This document shows positions 9,192-19,426 of a stretch of DNA of 64,000 bases, one piece after another (positions within the stretch are counted from its first letter, which is position 1; every line of letters starts with the position of its first letter). The notes beneath the pieces were generated by a model. The model saw only the letters and a program-made list of their open reading frames with translations. It had not been told where the DNA came from and ran no database searches. Position numbers and translations under genes: made by a program. Source of the DNA: a virus; IMG/VR virus record IMGVR_UViG_3300042321_002027; one strand, 5' to 3'.

Positions 9192-12100
9192 ATGGCAAAT
9201 TTTAACGTTCCTCCGTATTATGATGATTACGATCAGGATAAACAATATTATAAAATCCTATTTCGTCCATCTGTTGCGATACAAGCTCGTGAACTTAATC
9301 AGATGCAAACTATGTTACAGAAACAAATTGAAAGATTTGGTTCTCATATTTTTAGAGAAGGTTCTATAGTATTAGGAGGAGCTTTTGACCTAGAGCTTGA
9401 CGTTTCTTACATCAAGGCTTTATCTATTCAACCTTTAGCCAGTAGTTTGTCCAGTCTTGTTGGTAAAACAGTGGTCGGTGCTACTACAGGTATCACCGCT
9501 GTTGTTAGAGCTGCAGTGTATGATGAAATTAATAACGTTTATGCTATCCTATTAAGATATACATCTTCTTCTGTAACATCAAGTGTGTTTTTAAACGACG
9601 AAGCTGTAACAGTTTCTGATGATGCTTCTTTAGGGTTTACTGTTGTTCCTTCAACTTATGAAAATTACACTGGAACAGGTTCTATTTTCTCAGTAAGTCA
9701 GGGTGTTGTTTTCAGTAAGGGATATTTCCTTGCTTTCCCAGCACAAACTACAGTAATAGAAAAGTACAGCGCAGACCCAACCAAATCAGTTGGTTTGCAG
9801 CTAACTGAGAGTTTTGTTACAGATCTATCAGATCCTAGTTTAGCAGATAATGCTTTAGGATCTCTTAATGAAAATGCTCCAGGTGCACATAGATATAAAA
9901 TTGAATGCCTTCTAACATCAATCGATTATAAAACAGGTTATGATAACGAAAACTTCATAACCTTTATGGACATTCAAAATGGAGTTATTCAAGCTTCAAA
10001 TGAACGTTCTCAATATGCAAGAATTTATGACGAATTAGCAAAAAGAACTTTTGATGAATCTGGAGATTATTACGTTAAAGGTCTCGAAGTAAGAACTAGA
10101 GAACACTTAGACACTGGTAGCAATGAAGGATTGTACACACTAAGCGAAGGCGGAGACGCAACAAAGCTTTCTGTTGATGTAGGACCAGGAGTTGCATATG
10201 TTAAGGGTTATGAAGTAAGTAAAATAACCACACAACATGTCGTAATAGACAAAGGTACAGATTACAACGATGTTAATAACCAGCTAGTAAATGCTAGAAC
10301 TGGTGGTTATTTCTTCATTAATGAAATAACAGGTTCTGTTGACCATGATGAAGCTTTTGTAGTAAATCTTTACTTGAATGCAGAAACTAGATTAACTTCA
10401 GAAGTTACAAATCTAGAAAATTCTCCTGCTACACAAAAGATAATTGGTACTGCCAGAATGAAGGCTATGATTTACGAATCAGGAGTTATGGGAACTCCTA
10501 CAGCCGTAATGAGAGCGTATCTTTACGATTATACTATGAATTCTGGTTACATTTTAACAGATACTAAGGCTATCGGCAGCACAACTGCATCAAATAGGTT
10601 TTTTGCTGACGTAGTTTTAGCTAGTGGAAAATCAATTTTTTACGAAAGCAATCAAAACGTTTTAATTTTCTCAACAGGTGCGTCTAACATCAGATCAATC
10701 AGAACTAGCTCTGGTACTGTTGATACTTCGTTCCAATTTATACGTTCAGAAGATAAAACTGCTAACGTAGCAAATACTTCTTCATTGACTACAACAGTAA
10801 CGACATCTCTAGAAGCATTATCTTATAGCACAGGTACTCTTTCTTCTGCGGAAAAAAGAGAAATTATAGTTTCGTTAAATGCAAACTCTTTAATTCAAGT
10901 TCCTGGTACAGTTTCTGGTGGTGGTTCTCCAGGATCATTTATACTCACAGGTGTTTCAACAGAGTTCGATAAACTTTCTGTTGGCAATCGTATCAAAGTA
11001 AACGGAAATTCGTATTTTATCAATTCTATTACTAATTCTACTTCGTTGACTGTTACTTCTAACGTCAGCCCATCTGCATCGGCAAATCTTGTCTTCAAAG
11101 ATTTAAGAGCTGGCGACATTATTGATCTTACTGCAAATGGTAGTACCGGACAAACAAGAACTGCGACAGTTGCAAGTGGCATTTTAACTTTAGATTTTAA
11201 AGAAGTAGCAACTAACGTTGTTCCAACTGCAGTTTCTGCTAAGATTAGTTATAGAGTTGATAGAACCACAGCTGCTGAAGTTAAAAAAATATTAAATCCT
11301 AATAGATATGTTAAACTCAATACTAATATTTCTAATAGTTCTGGACCATACAATTTAGGTTTGTCTGATGTTTATAAGATCCGTTCAATCAGAATGGATA
11401 ATACTGCATTTACAACTGCAAACGGTACAGCAAATAGTACTAATGTTACTTCATATTTCGTATTAGACAATGGTCAAAGAGATAACCTTTATGACCATGG
11501 TCGTTTGTTGTTCAATGGTGGTATTTCTTTAGCTAATATGCACATGTTAGTCGAATTAGATCATTTTACTCCAGACTATTCTGCTGGATTTGGTTATTTT
11601 TCTGTAGACTCTTATCCTATCGATGATGTAAATACATCAAATAGCACAATATTTACATATGAAATACCAAAGTATATATCAGCTGCTGGTACAGAATATT
11701 CTTTGAGAGATGCGTTAGACTTTAGACCTGTTAAGCAAATTACAGCCACTAGTGCCACAACAGTGGCAGCTGCAACAACTAACCCAGCAACTACAACTTC
11801 GGTTATAGTTGATACTGATGGATTAAGATTACCCGCGCCAGACAGTGATATGTCTATAGATTATTCTTTCTATTTACCTAGAAAAGATGTTGTTACTCTT
11901 GATAAAAACGGATTATTCAATGTAATTAAGGGCGAATCAGGAATTACTCCGATATCACCAAACGTTCCGGAAAACGTGATGGGTGTTGCTAGCGTTTATA
12001 TTCCTCCTTATCCTTCTTTATCTGAAACTTTTGCTAGAATCATAAACACTCCAAAAATTGCTTGTATTAGTAAAAAAATTGCTAATATACGTTACACAAT

Positions 12101-15100
12101 GAGAGAAATTGGAGTTCTTAAGAATAGAATTGAAAATTTAGAGTACTATAATCTACTTACTTTACTTGAAAAGAAAGCAATAGACCTTACTGTTTTGAAC
12201 GACCAAGGTCTTGATAGATTTAAAAACGGTTATTTTGTAGATGGATTTGTCGATCACTCTTTGGGCGACACAGCTAATCCAGATTATAAAATTGCTGTCG
12301 ATAAAGTTGAACAAATAATTAGACCTTTCTTCAAGCTAGATTCATTCCAATACAGAATTGAATCAAGCGGTTCTACAAATTATCAGCAATCTGGCAATCT
12401 TATTACTTTACCTTATACCCAAGTTACTTTACTAGAAAATAGAAATGTAACTACAACAAGAAATATTGAGCAGAGCGTCTTCAGATATATTGGTGCTATG
12501 GAACTTTCTCCAGAAGGAGATACATGGTGTGATACCACTACTGTTGATAAAGTAATACAGTATGGCAATGAAATTCCTATTGAAGAAACTATGACGACAG
12601 AGTGGGGTTCGTGGGAAAATTATGCGGTTGGTTATAACGTATATGATCGTAATTTTGGCGATCGTAGTGGAAACCCGGATCCGTCTAAGTTTCAAGGATC
12701 ATACAGCAGTTATGCAGCTGCACTGTCCGCTGGAAAAAAAGATAAAGACGGAAGATACTTGATTGAAACTCTTGAATCATCAGAGAGAACTGGTATTGTA
12801 ACGACTGTAACCTCGCAAACAAACACACAAGAACTTGGTAATTTCGTTACTGATGTTAGCGTTCAACCTTATATAAGACCACAAGTTATTAGGGTTTATG
12901 TAAAGGGTCTAAAAGCAAATACTAGATATTATTGCTTTTTCGATGGCGAAAACATGTCTTCGTATGTTGTCCCAGGAACAATACCTGCGAATGGTAATAT
13001 AACACAAGTAGTTTCTTTTGGCGCAGAAGGTTCTGAGTGGAGAGCAAATGGATTTGGGGAGCTTCTAGGATACCTTAGACTTCCTGCTACTGGAAAAAGA
13101 TTCCGCACAGGAACAAAAGAAATCATTGTTACAGATAATCCAACTAACTCTATAGACGCTACTTCTTATGCTAAAAAATATTGGTCTGCCATGGGCATCA
13201 GTGTCCAAAAGCAAAACACAATTATTTCAACACAAGTGGCAATAATTCAGCAAGAAGAAATTACCGAACAAAGACAGCTACAAAAAGTTGAAGTTATGGG
13301 TCCATCTTGTATGGCATATAGCTTCAAGGTTGATGTTCCTAGAGGTGAAGAAGGTATCTTCTTAACTTCTGTTGATGTTTGGGTTAGCGCAAAACACGCA
13401 AATCTTGGCGTTTGGTTTGAAATTCGAGAAATGAATTCAGGCGGTAGTATTACTAGAACACAAGTTCCGTATTCAGAAGTTTGGTTGAAAAATTCTGATG
13501 TTACTTTGTGGGACGGCACATCTGGAACTGAAGAAACAGGCAAGACTAGAGTAACTTTCCCTTGTCCTGTTTTCTTAATGAATAACACTCAGTATGCATT
13601 TGTTATTCACACTGAAGGGTTGAACCCAGATTATTATTTCTGGATTTCTAGACTTGGTGAGACTGATGTTCTTACTAAAAAACCAGTAACATCACGTCAG
13701 CTAACAGGTACAGTATTTACCACAAACAATAACTTGAACTATGATATGGTTCCTGATATTGACTTAAAGGTCAGATTTAACAGAGCACAGTTCACAGTTG
13801 GCGCTGCTACCTTGATAATGGGTAACAGAGCTACAGAATTTATTAATCTTTCTACAGCTTCTGGTGATTTTAGCCGCAAAGGTGAACCTGTAATATCTTC
13901 TGAGTTTATGAATTTTAGTTCAACAACAAGTGGTGCTAATTCTATTGCTTTGACTGATATAATCAGAGGTGTAACTTCTGGTACGTCTGCTAATGTTATA
14001 GGAATAACTGGAATCAACTATTATGTTGATTACTATGGCTTTACAGCTAATGAAACATTTAACGTCTTTAATTCTGCCAATACAAGCAAATCAATTTCTG
14101 GAAGAATATTGTCAATTGACAAAGGTTCTGGTACATTAAGATCATATGATAGTGTCAGTAACTTTATGATTATTGATGATAGTAATGGTAAGTTCTACAG
14201 CAATGCCGCGATTTTCGGAGCAAATTCAGGTCATACTGGTAGAATCTCTAGTTTTGACCAATTTAAATATTCGACCACTACATTGAAGCCTTATTATCTT
14301 GTGTTTAACAACACAACTTTGACTTTTGAAAAAGCTGGTTGGTTGTCAAATTCATCGCTGAACGATTTTGATTCTTATATTGGCACATCGATGTGGTATC
14401 CTGGAACATCTGACTCTTACTCAAGTTTCAATAACGAAGTTACTGTTTTGTCTAGAGTAAATGAACTGGCTGCTTTTGGCTCTTCTAGCCCAAATAGCTC
14501 TGCTCGCGTTAGAAGCAGACTAACAACAGTAAGTGAATATGTTTCTCCAGTTATCGATATTTCTAAGTCTCAGTCAATATATGTGCACAATATCATAAAC
14601 AATGATGATACTGGTGAAGCAAATTCAAGCGGTGGAAATTTATTGAACAAATATATTTCTAAACCAGTTACATTAGCAGATGGTCAAGAGGCTGAAGATT
14701 TATTAATTAAGCTTACTGCATACAAACCACCAGGAAGCGACGTTAAAGTTTGGATGAAGCTTCGCCACGATGATGATTCTGCTATTTTCAAAGAAAATAA
14801 GTGGATTGAAATGGACTATGCTAATAACCTTTTCTCTTCTGAAGCAAACAAGAACAACTTCATAGAGCTCGATTATACTATACCTGCTTCTTATAAGAAT
14901 GAAAATGGTGTGGTCCAATACATAAAAAGAGCAACAAACATTTATGCAAATAACTTGTGGTCTAATGCTTCTGGATCTTATGGAATAAATGCAGCTGCTA
15001 ATTCAATATTAATTCCTTCGGCTGATAGTATATTTGCTGCTAATGATGAGGTGTATTATTCTGTTCCTCCTGGAGGAGTTGTAATCTCTGGCACTTACAC

Positions 15101-15395
15101 AAATTCTTCGGGCGGTACTTCATATGTTGAAGCAAATACTTATTTGTATATTAATAGCGTTAACACAACAGCTATAACGCTTAAAGCTGCCAATGGCGCA
15201 ACGACTTTGACAAGCAATTTCTCAAACGTTGACATTATTGACTTTAGAACTGATGCAACAGCGGAAGTTCATACTATTGGTGGTGATGTATTCGTTGGAA
15301 TAAAACAGTTTGGTGTTAAAGTTGGATTGAAGGGTACAAACTCTGCTAAACCAGCCAGAGTAGGCGATCTAAGAGTCATCGCACTGCAGTTGTGA
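9192..15395 (+). CDS. large virion structural protein (VrlC/DUF4815-like)
   Basis: NFNVPPYYDDYD..K.YYKILFRPS.AIQARELNQMQ, APGAHRYKI, LAKRTFDESGDY, RYTMREIG.L..RIENLEYY motifs typical of this family in non-enteric T4-like phages. Confidence 0.8.
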   Translation: MANFNVPPYYDDYDQDKQYYKILFRPSVAIQARELNQMQTMLQKQIERFGSHIFREGSIVLGGAFDLELDVSYIKALSIQPLASSLSSLVGKTVVGATTGITAVVRAAVYDEINNVYAILLRYTSSSVTSSVFLNDEAVTVSDDASLGFTVVPSTYENYTGTGSIFSVSQGVVFSKGYFLAFPAQTTVIEKYSADPTKSVGLQLTESFVTDLSDPSLADNALGSLNENAPGAHRYKIECLLTSIDYKTGYDNENFITFMDIQNGVIQASNERSQYARIYDELAKRTFDESGDYYVKGLEVRTREHLDTGSNEGLYTLSEGGDATKLSVDVGPGVAYVKGYEVSKITTQHVVIDKGTDYNDVNNQLVNARTGGYFFINEITGSVDHDEAFVVNLYLNAETRLTSEVTNLENSPATQKIIGTARMKAMIYESGVMGTPTAVMRAYLYDYTMNSGYILTDTKAIGSTTASNRFFADVVLASGKSIFYESNQNVLIFSTGASNIRSIRTSSGTVDTSFQFIRSEDKTANVANTSSLTTTVTTSLEALSYSTGTLSSAEKREIIVSLNANSLIQVPGTVSGGGSPGSFILTGVSTEFDKLSVGNRIKVNGNSYFINSITNSTSLTVTSNVSPSASANLVFKDLRAGDIIDLTANGSTGQTRTATVASGILTLDFKEVATNVVPTAVSAKISYRVDRTTAAEVKKILNPNRYVKLNTNISNSSGPYNLGLSDVYKIRSIRMDNTAFTTANGTANSTNVTSYFVLDNGQRDNLYDHGRLLFNGGISLANMHMLVELDHFTPDYSAGFGYFSVDSYPIDDVNTSNSTIFTYEIPKYISAAGTEYSLRDALDFRPVKQITATSATTVAAATTNPATTTSVIVDTDGLRLPAPDSDMSIDYSFYLPRKDVVTLDKNGLFNVIKGESGITPISPNVPENVMGVASVYIPPYPSLSETFARIINTPKIACISKKIANIRYTMREIGVLKNRIENLEYYNLLTLLEKKAIDLTVLNDQGLDRFKNGYFVDGFVDHSLGDTANPDYKIAVDKVEQIIRPFFKLDSFQYRIESSGSTNYQQSGNLITLPYTQVTLLENRNVTTTRNIEQSVFRYIGAMELSPEGDTWCDTTTVDKVIQYGNEIPIEETMTTEWGSWENYAVGYNVYDRNFGDRSGNPDPSKFQGSYSSYAAALSAGKKDKDGRYLIETLESSERTGIVTTVTSQTNTQELGNFVTDVSVQPYIRPQVIRVYVKGLKANTRYYCFFDGENMSSYVVPGTIPANGNITQVVSFGAEGSEWRANGFGELLGYLRLPATGKRFRTGTKEIIVTDNPTNSIDATSYAKKYWSAMGISVQKQNTIISTQVAIIQQEEITEQRQLQKVEVMGPSCMAYSFKVDVPRGEEGIFLTSVDVWVSAKHANLGVWFEIREMNSGGSITRTQVPYSEVWLKNSDVTLWDGTSGTEETGKTRVTFPCPVFLMNNTQYAFVIHTEGLNPDYYFWISRLGETDVLTKKPVTSRQLTGTVFTTNNNLNYDMVPDIDLKVRFNRAQFTVGAATLIMGNRATEFINLSTASGDFSRKGEPVISSEFMNFSSTTSGANSIALTDIIRGVTSGTSANVIGITGINYYVDYYGFTANETFNVFNSANTSKSISGRILSIDKGSGTLRSYDSVSNFMIIDDSNGKFYSNAAIFGANSGHTGRISSFDQFKYSTTTLKPYYLVFNNTTLTFEKAGWLSNSSLNDFDSYIGTSMWYPGTSDSYSSFNNEVTVLSRVNELAAFGSSSPNSSARVRSRLTTVSEYVSPVIDISKSQSIYVHNIINNDDTGEANSSGGNLLNKYISKPVTLADGQEAEDLLIKLTAYKPPGSDVKVWMKLRHDDDSAIFKENKWIEMDYANNLFSSEANKNNFIELDYTIPASYKNENGVVQYIKRATNIYANNLWSNASGSYGINAAANSILIPSADSIFAANDEVYYSVPPGGVVISGTYTNSSGGTSYVEANTYLYINSVNTTAITLKAANGATTLTSNFSNVDIIDFRTDATAEVHTIGGDVFVGIKQFGVKVGLKGTNSAKPARVGDLRVIALQL

Positions 15396-15403
15396 GGTAA
15401 ATT

Positions 15404-15616
15404 ATGGGTTATATTAAGACTGAAATAGAGGGAATTATTCGAGATACAAAAAATCAAGCGTTGTTAAATACAGATAACAATAGCCTTGATGCGTATAAGA
15501 AAATTAGAAAGAAAAGTTTGGAAATGGAAGAAGTTAAAAATAAAGTAAATTCTCTCGATAAAGAAGTGAATGTAATCAAATCAATGCTAAAACAAATTTT
15601 AGAGAAACTGTCATGA
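15404..15616 (+). CDS. small coiled-coil protein
   Basis: RD....A.LNTD motif then a heptad-rich C-terminus; GAGGT SD. Confidence 0.7.
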   Translation: MGYIKTEIEGIIRDTKNQALLNTDNNSLDAYKKIRKKSLEMEEVKNKVNSLDKEVNVIKSMLKQILEKLS

Positions 15617-16212
15617 CTATAGAAGTAGCAAATACCGCTAGTATTAATACGTTCCAATTTTTGGTTAACAGAGTTAATGAACTTGCATATGCAATGTCAG
15701 CTAATGCAGTTACAACCGACTCAAATACTGCTTTAGGAAACGCTGCTATAACAGGCGCATTTACAGCAAACGTACTAATTGCTAATACTGTGAGAGTTTC
15801 TAACAGCACATCAAACGTTGTAATTGTTGTTCCAAATACAACCATGGTTTCTAATGGCAACTATTATTTGAATGCTAATGGAAACTGGACCTTACTTAAA
15901 CCAATCGTTACTTCTGTATCGATAAACACTGCTAGCTTTGTTCCGCAAGAAATAGACAATTATAGAATGACAGAAAACGGCGGTGCTGAGTATTTTATTC
16001 GCGTAAAAGATAATAACGCTAATGGATATCAAGCTTCGAAAGTATTAACATTTCATAATTTGGTTAACGCTTTTTCAACTGAATATGGTTCTATGGTTTC
16101 CAATGCTAGTTTGGGAGCTTTTTACGTTACCACAAATACTTCTCACGTTGTTTTGTGGATGGTACCTACTTCATCAAACACAGCAGTAAATATGTCTAGA
16201 GTAAACTTCTAA
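15613..16212 (+). CDS. putative virion structural protein
   Basis: ATGA overlap; N-terminal TFQ...NRVNEL and C-terminal AEYFI...YQASKVL...EYG module; N/S/T-rich. Confidence 0.65.
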   Translation: MTIEVANTASINTFQFLVNRVNELAYAMSANAVTTDSNTALGNAAITGAFTANVLIANTVRVSNSTSNVVIVVPNTTMVSNGNYYLNANGNWTLLKPIVTSVSINTASFVPQEIDNYRMTENGGAEYFIRVKDNNANGYQASKVLTFHNLVNAFSTEYGSMVSNASLGAFYVTTNTSHVVLWMVPTSSNTAVNMSRVNF

Positions 16213-16541
16213 TGGCAACAAAAGCTAATTTAGTAATAGATCAAGGTTCTACTTTTTCAACTGATCTTTCTTTAACAGATGAGAACGGCGATGCTTTAGA
16301 TTTACAAAATTTTACTGCAAATTCGCAGGTAAGAAAATGGTATTCTTCTTCTAATGCAGCTGCTACGTTTTCTACTGCAATAAACGTTTCTTCTGGGGCG
16401 ATAACTTTAAGTTTAACAGCAAATCAAACTTCTAATTTAATTGCAGGTAGATACGTATATGATGTTGAAATAACTTCTGGTTCAGAGGTTTCTCGAATAG
16501 TAGAAGGGATAGTTACCGTAACACCTCAAGTTACTAGGTAA
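16212..16541 (+). CDS. virion structural protein (Ig-like, BppU-N-like)
   Basis: ANLVIDQGSTF...GRYVYDVEI...RIVEGIVTVTP.VTR motif. Confidence 0.75.
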   Translation: MATKANLVIDQGSTFSTDLSLTDENGDALDLQNFTANSQVRKWYSSSNAAATFSTAINVSSGAITLSLTANQTSNLIAGRYVYDVEITSGSEVSRIVEGIVTVTPQVTR

Positions 16542-16544
16542 AAA

Positions 16545-16817
16545 ATGGTTAATGTAGTAGTAAGCAGAAAAAGAACAGTACAAATATCAGCTAATGCAAC
16601 GGCAGGTATTATCGATACTACTACACCTGTTGTTTTAAAAAACAATCCAGTTGTGGTGACTGGAGGAGTGACGAGATTAGATAAATTGACAGATGTTTCA
16701 GCTAATAACGAGATCAACGGCGCTACATTAGTCTATAATGCAGAGAATGATACGTACGTGGTTCAAAAACTTGATCTTTCTAATGTTACTGGCGATTTAG
16801 ATGGTGGGACCTTTTAA
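16545..16817 (+). CDS. small virion/fibre protein
   Basis: LDKLTDV...NGATLVYN motif; ends in LDGGTF as the next gene does. Confidence 0.65.
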   Translation: MVNVVVSRKRTVQISANATAGIIDTTTPVVLKNNPVVVTGGVTRLDKLTDVSANNEINGATLVYNAENDTYVVQKLDLSNVTGDLDGGTF

Positions 16818-16819
16818 AT

Positions 16820-16827
16820 TATAAATA
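16820..16827 (+). promoter_or_regulatory. T4-type late promoter TATAAATA
   Basis: Exact consensus 30 nt upstream of the fibre gene at 16857; gp55 is encoded in the window. Confidence 0.8.
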
Positions 16828-16856
16828 TAAAGAAAAAGTAAAGAGGTTTATCCTAG

Positions 16857-19118
16857 ATGGCAAACAATAAAATTCAAATCAAGCGTTCTACGTCTAACTC
16901 AAACGTAACAGGTTTGAGTAATGGTGAATTAGCTTTTACACAAGCTGGTAATACATTACACATAGGTTTGCCAGACGGTTCTGGAGTGCTTCGCATCGGC
17001 GGAGCTATGGTTCCAGGCGTTCTTACCAATAATCATGCTCTTGTTGCTAATACAACTGGTGGTATTGACAAAGTTATAACAGCAAATCTTACATTGGGCG
17101 GTGCCTCTGTTACTGCTATCAATGCCGTAGCAAACCTTACTACTTTAGGTACACCTTCTAACACAGAATTAACTACAACTTGGGCTATTAAAACCTTTGT
17201 TGATGCTAAGATCGCACAGGCTTCTAACCCACAAGGCACTAACGGTCAGTTCCAGTATAATGATTCAGGAGTTCTTGCTGGCACCAATAACATGGTGTTC
17301 GATAACACCACTGGCCAAATTACAATCGGTAACTCTTCTGTTAACGTACAGATTGGTTATACTGGTTCTATTAATGCTCTAGCTCACTTCCATGGTCAAC
17401 AGAACGGTTACGTTCAAGTTGTTATGCAAAACTCAAATGGTGGTAACAGAGCCTCTTCTGACTTTGTTCTTGAAAATGATTTAGGCACCGAAACAGTAAA
17501 CTTCCTTGATCTTGGCATCAACAGCTCTACTTACGATGATCCTTCGTTCAGCGCCATGGGTGCTGGTGATTCTTACTTGTACGCTTCCAATAACAATTTA
17601 GTTATCGGTACAGCTTCTGCTGCTGATATTAAGTTCATTACAGGTGGTACTACCGCATCAGAAATTCGCGTTGAAATTGATGCTGGTGGTAACGTTGGTA
17701 TCGGTAATACAGCACCAAATGCTAGATTACAAGTTACTGGTACAGCCAATATCTCTGGTTTGGTTACGCTAGGCGCTAACTTAGTATTAACTGCTCCATT
17801 AATTGCTAATGGAACTAGCGGAAGTTCTGGTCAGCTACTTACTTCAAACGGAACTACTGGAGCTCCATATTGGGCGGCTGCTCCTACAACAGTTGCTGGT
17901 TCAACTACACAAGTACAATATAATGATGGTGGATCTCTTGCTGGTGCAGCTGGTCTTACTTTCACAAAGGGTACTAATAACGTAACTATTGCAAATGCCT
18001 TGCTTATAGGCACTTCTGCTAACGCTGCTTCGTTTACTGTCGGTTCTGTTTTTATAGCTAACACTACAACACTAAACACTAACGGCGCTGTAGTAAACTC
18101 TACTGGCGGATTCTTTACTGGTTATGTTAATGCTTCTGGATTCAGCACAACTGGCTCAGCAAACGCTGGTTCGTTCAGAGTTAGTACTAACTTCATTGCT
18201 AACTCGACTCAGCTTACGCTTTCTGGTATACCTTTATCTGCTAATGGCGGTGTGGGATCACAGGCTCAGGTTCTTGCATCTAACGGTGCTACTGGTTCTC
18301 CATACTGGACTACTGCTGCTGTTGGTACAATCACAGGTGTAACAGCTGGTGCTGGTCTAACGGGCGGTGGTTCTTCTGGTTCTGTAACTCTTGATGCTGG
18401 CGCAGGTAACGGTATTTCTGTTTCTGCTGATGCCATCGCTGTATTGGCTAACGGTTCTTCTGCGGTTGTATCTAATACTACTGGCGTTCACATTAAGATC
18501 GGTGCTGGACTTGTATTCGACGGCTCTGGTAACGTAGCAGTTAACAGCAACGCTCTGACAAACTTCCAAGACCTAACAGTTTCCGGAAACTTGACAGTCC
18601 TTGGTGATCTTGTTTCTCTTAACGTTGCTACACTAACTGTTGAAGACTCTATGATCACTTTGGCAAAAGATCAAAGTTCTACCAGCACTTTTACTGATGC
18701 TGTCGACATCGGCTTCTTCGGTACTTACGGTAATACCGCGAATGCATTTGTTTCTGGTTTATTCAGAGACCAGTCTGACTCTGGCATTTGGAAACTGTTT
18801 ACTTCGAACGGTACTTACACAAATGCTATTATTAACACTACTAACACGGTTGCATTTACTCTAGCAACGTTGCAATCTTATCTCACCTCCGGTGGTTTAA
18901 TATCTAATGCTGGTTCTGTTGCTATCACAGCAAACGCTACTGTAAACGTAAACATTTCGGCGAACATTCTGTCTCTATCAGGTAGATCAAATAATGATCT
19001 ATTGTTTACAAACGCCACTGGTGGTGTAACTGCAAGAGCTCTTGGAACTTCTGGTTATGTCGTGCAGTCTAACGGTACTGCTATCGTTTATGATACTCTA
19101 GACGGTGGTACGTTCTAA
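16857..19118 (+). CDS. tail fibre protein
   Basis: KIQIKRS...L.NGELA N-terminus; GNVGIGNTAP and GQ.L.SNG...PYW fibre repeats; ends in LDGGTF. Confidence 0.8.
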   Translation: MANNKIQIKRSTSNSNVTGLSNGELAFTQAGNTLHIGLPDGSGVLRIGGAMVPGVLTNNHALVANTTGGIDKVITANLTLGGASVTAINAVANLTTLGTPSNTELTTTWAIKTFVDAKIAQASNPQGTNGQFQYNDSGVLAGTNNMVFDNTTGQITIGNSSVNVQIGYTGSINALAHFHGQQNGYVQVVMQNSNGGNRASSDFVLENDLGTETVNFLDLGINSSTYDDPSFSAMGAGDSYLYASNNNLVIGTASAADIKFITGGTTASEIRVEIDAGGNVGIGNTAPNARLQVTGTANISGLVTLGANLVLTAPLIANGTSGSSGQLLTSNGTTGAPYWAAAPTTVAGSTTQVQYNDGGSLAGAAGLTFTKGTNNVTIANALLIGTSANAASFTVGSVFIANTTTLNTNGAVVNSTGGFFTGYVNASGFSTTGSANAGSFRVSTNFIANSTQLTLSGIPLSANGGVGSQAQVLASNGATGSPYWTTAAVGTITGVTAGAGLTGGGSSGSVTLDAGAGNGISVSADAIAVLANGSSAVVSNTTGVHIKIGAGLVFDGSGNVAVNSNALTNFQDLTVSGNLTVLGDLVSLNVATLTVEDSMITLAKDQSSTSTFTDAVDIGFFGTYGNTANAFVSGLFRDQSDSGIWKLFTSNGTYTNAIINTTNTVAFTLATLQSYLTSGGLISNAGSVAITANATVNVNISANILSLSGRSNNDLLFTNATGGVTARALGTSGYVVQSNGTAIVYDTLDGGTF

Positions 19119-19139
19119 TATTTCATCAGAACATTACTG

Positions 19140-19167
19140 ATTATACTATAATTTGAATAAAGGTCAA
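19140..19167 (-). promoter_or_regulatory. antisense sigma70-like promoter TTGACC-N16-TATAAT
   Basis: Minus strand reads cTTGACCtttattcaaattatagTATAAT; intergenic. Confidence 0.45.
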
Positions 19168-19172
19168 GTGAA

Positions 19173-19382
19173 ATGAATCCTGAATTGATAAATTTATATA
19201 TCGAACAATTGTTAATAGAAATCGGGGAGAATGCGAAATCACGCATTCTCCTCCAAACACAATTGAGGTATACAGAACGAGTTAATGCACAACTTCAAAC
19301 AAAAATAAATGAATTAGAGTCCCAAGTTGAGAAACTAAATAAAAAGAAAATAAAAGAAGTAAATACTTCTGATCAATTTTAA
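19173..19382 (+). CDS. small coiled-coil protein (possible fibre chaperone)
   Basis: 69 aa with a heptad pattern; lies between fibre genes. Confidence 0.65.
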   Translation: MNPELINLYIEQLLIEIGENAKSRILLQTQLRYTERVNAQLQTKINELESQVEKLNKKKIKEVNTSDQF

Positions 19383-19384
19383 CC

Positions 19385-19426
19385 TCGCTTATATAAGCGA
19401 TTGATTGAGGAGAGCCAATATTGGCT
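19385..19426 (+). promoter_or_regulatory. structured leader: two perfect palindromes flanking the SD and covering the TTG start
   Basis: TCGCTTATATAAGCGA (19385-19400) and AGCCAATATTGGCT (19413-19426). Confidence 0.55.
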
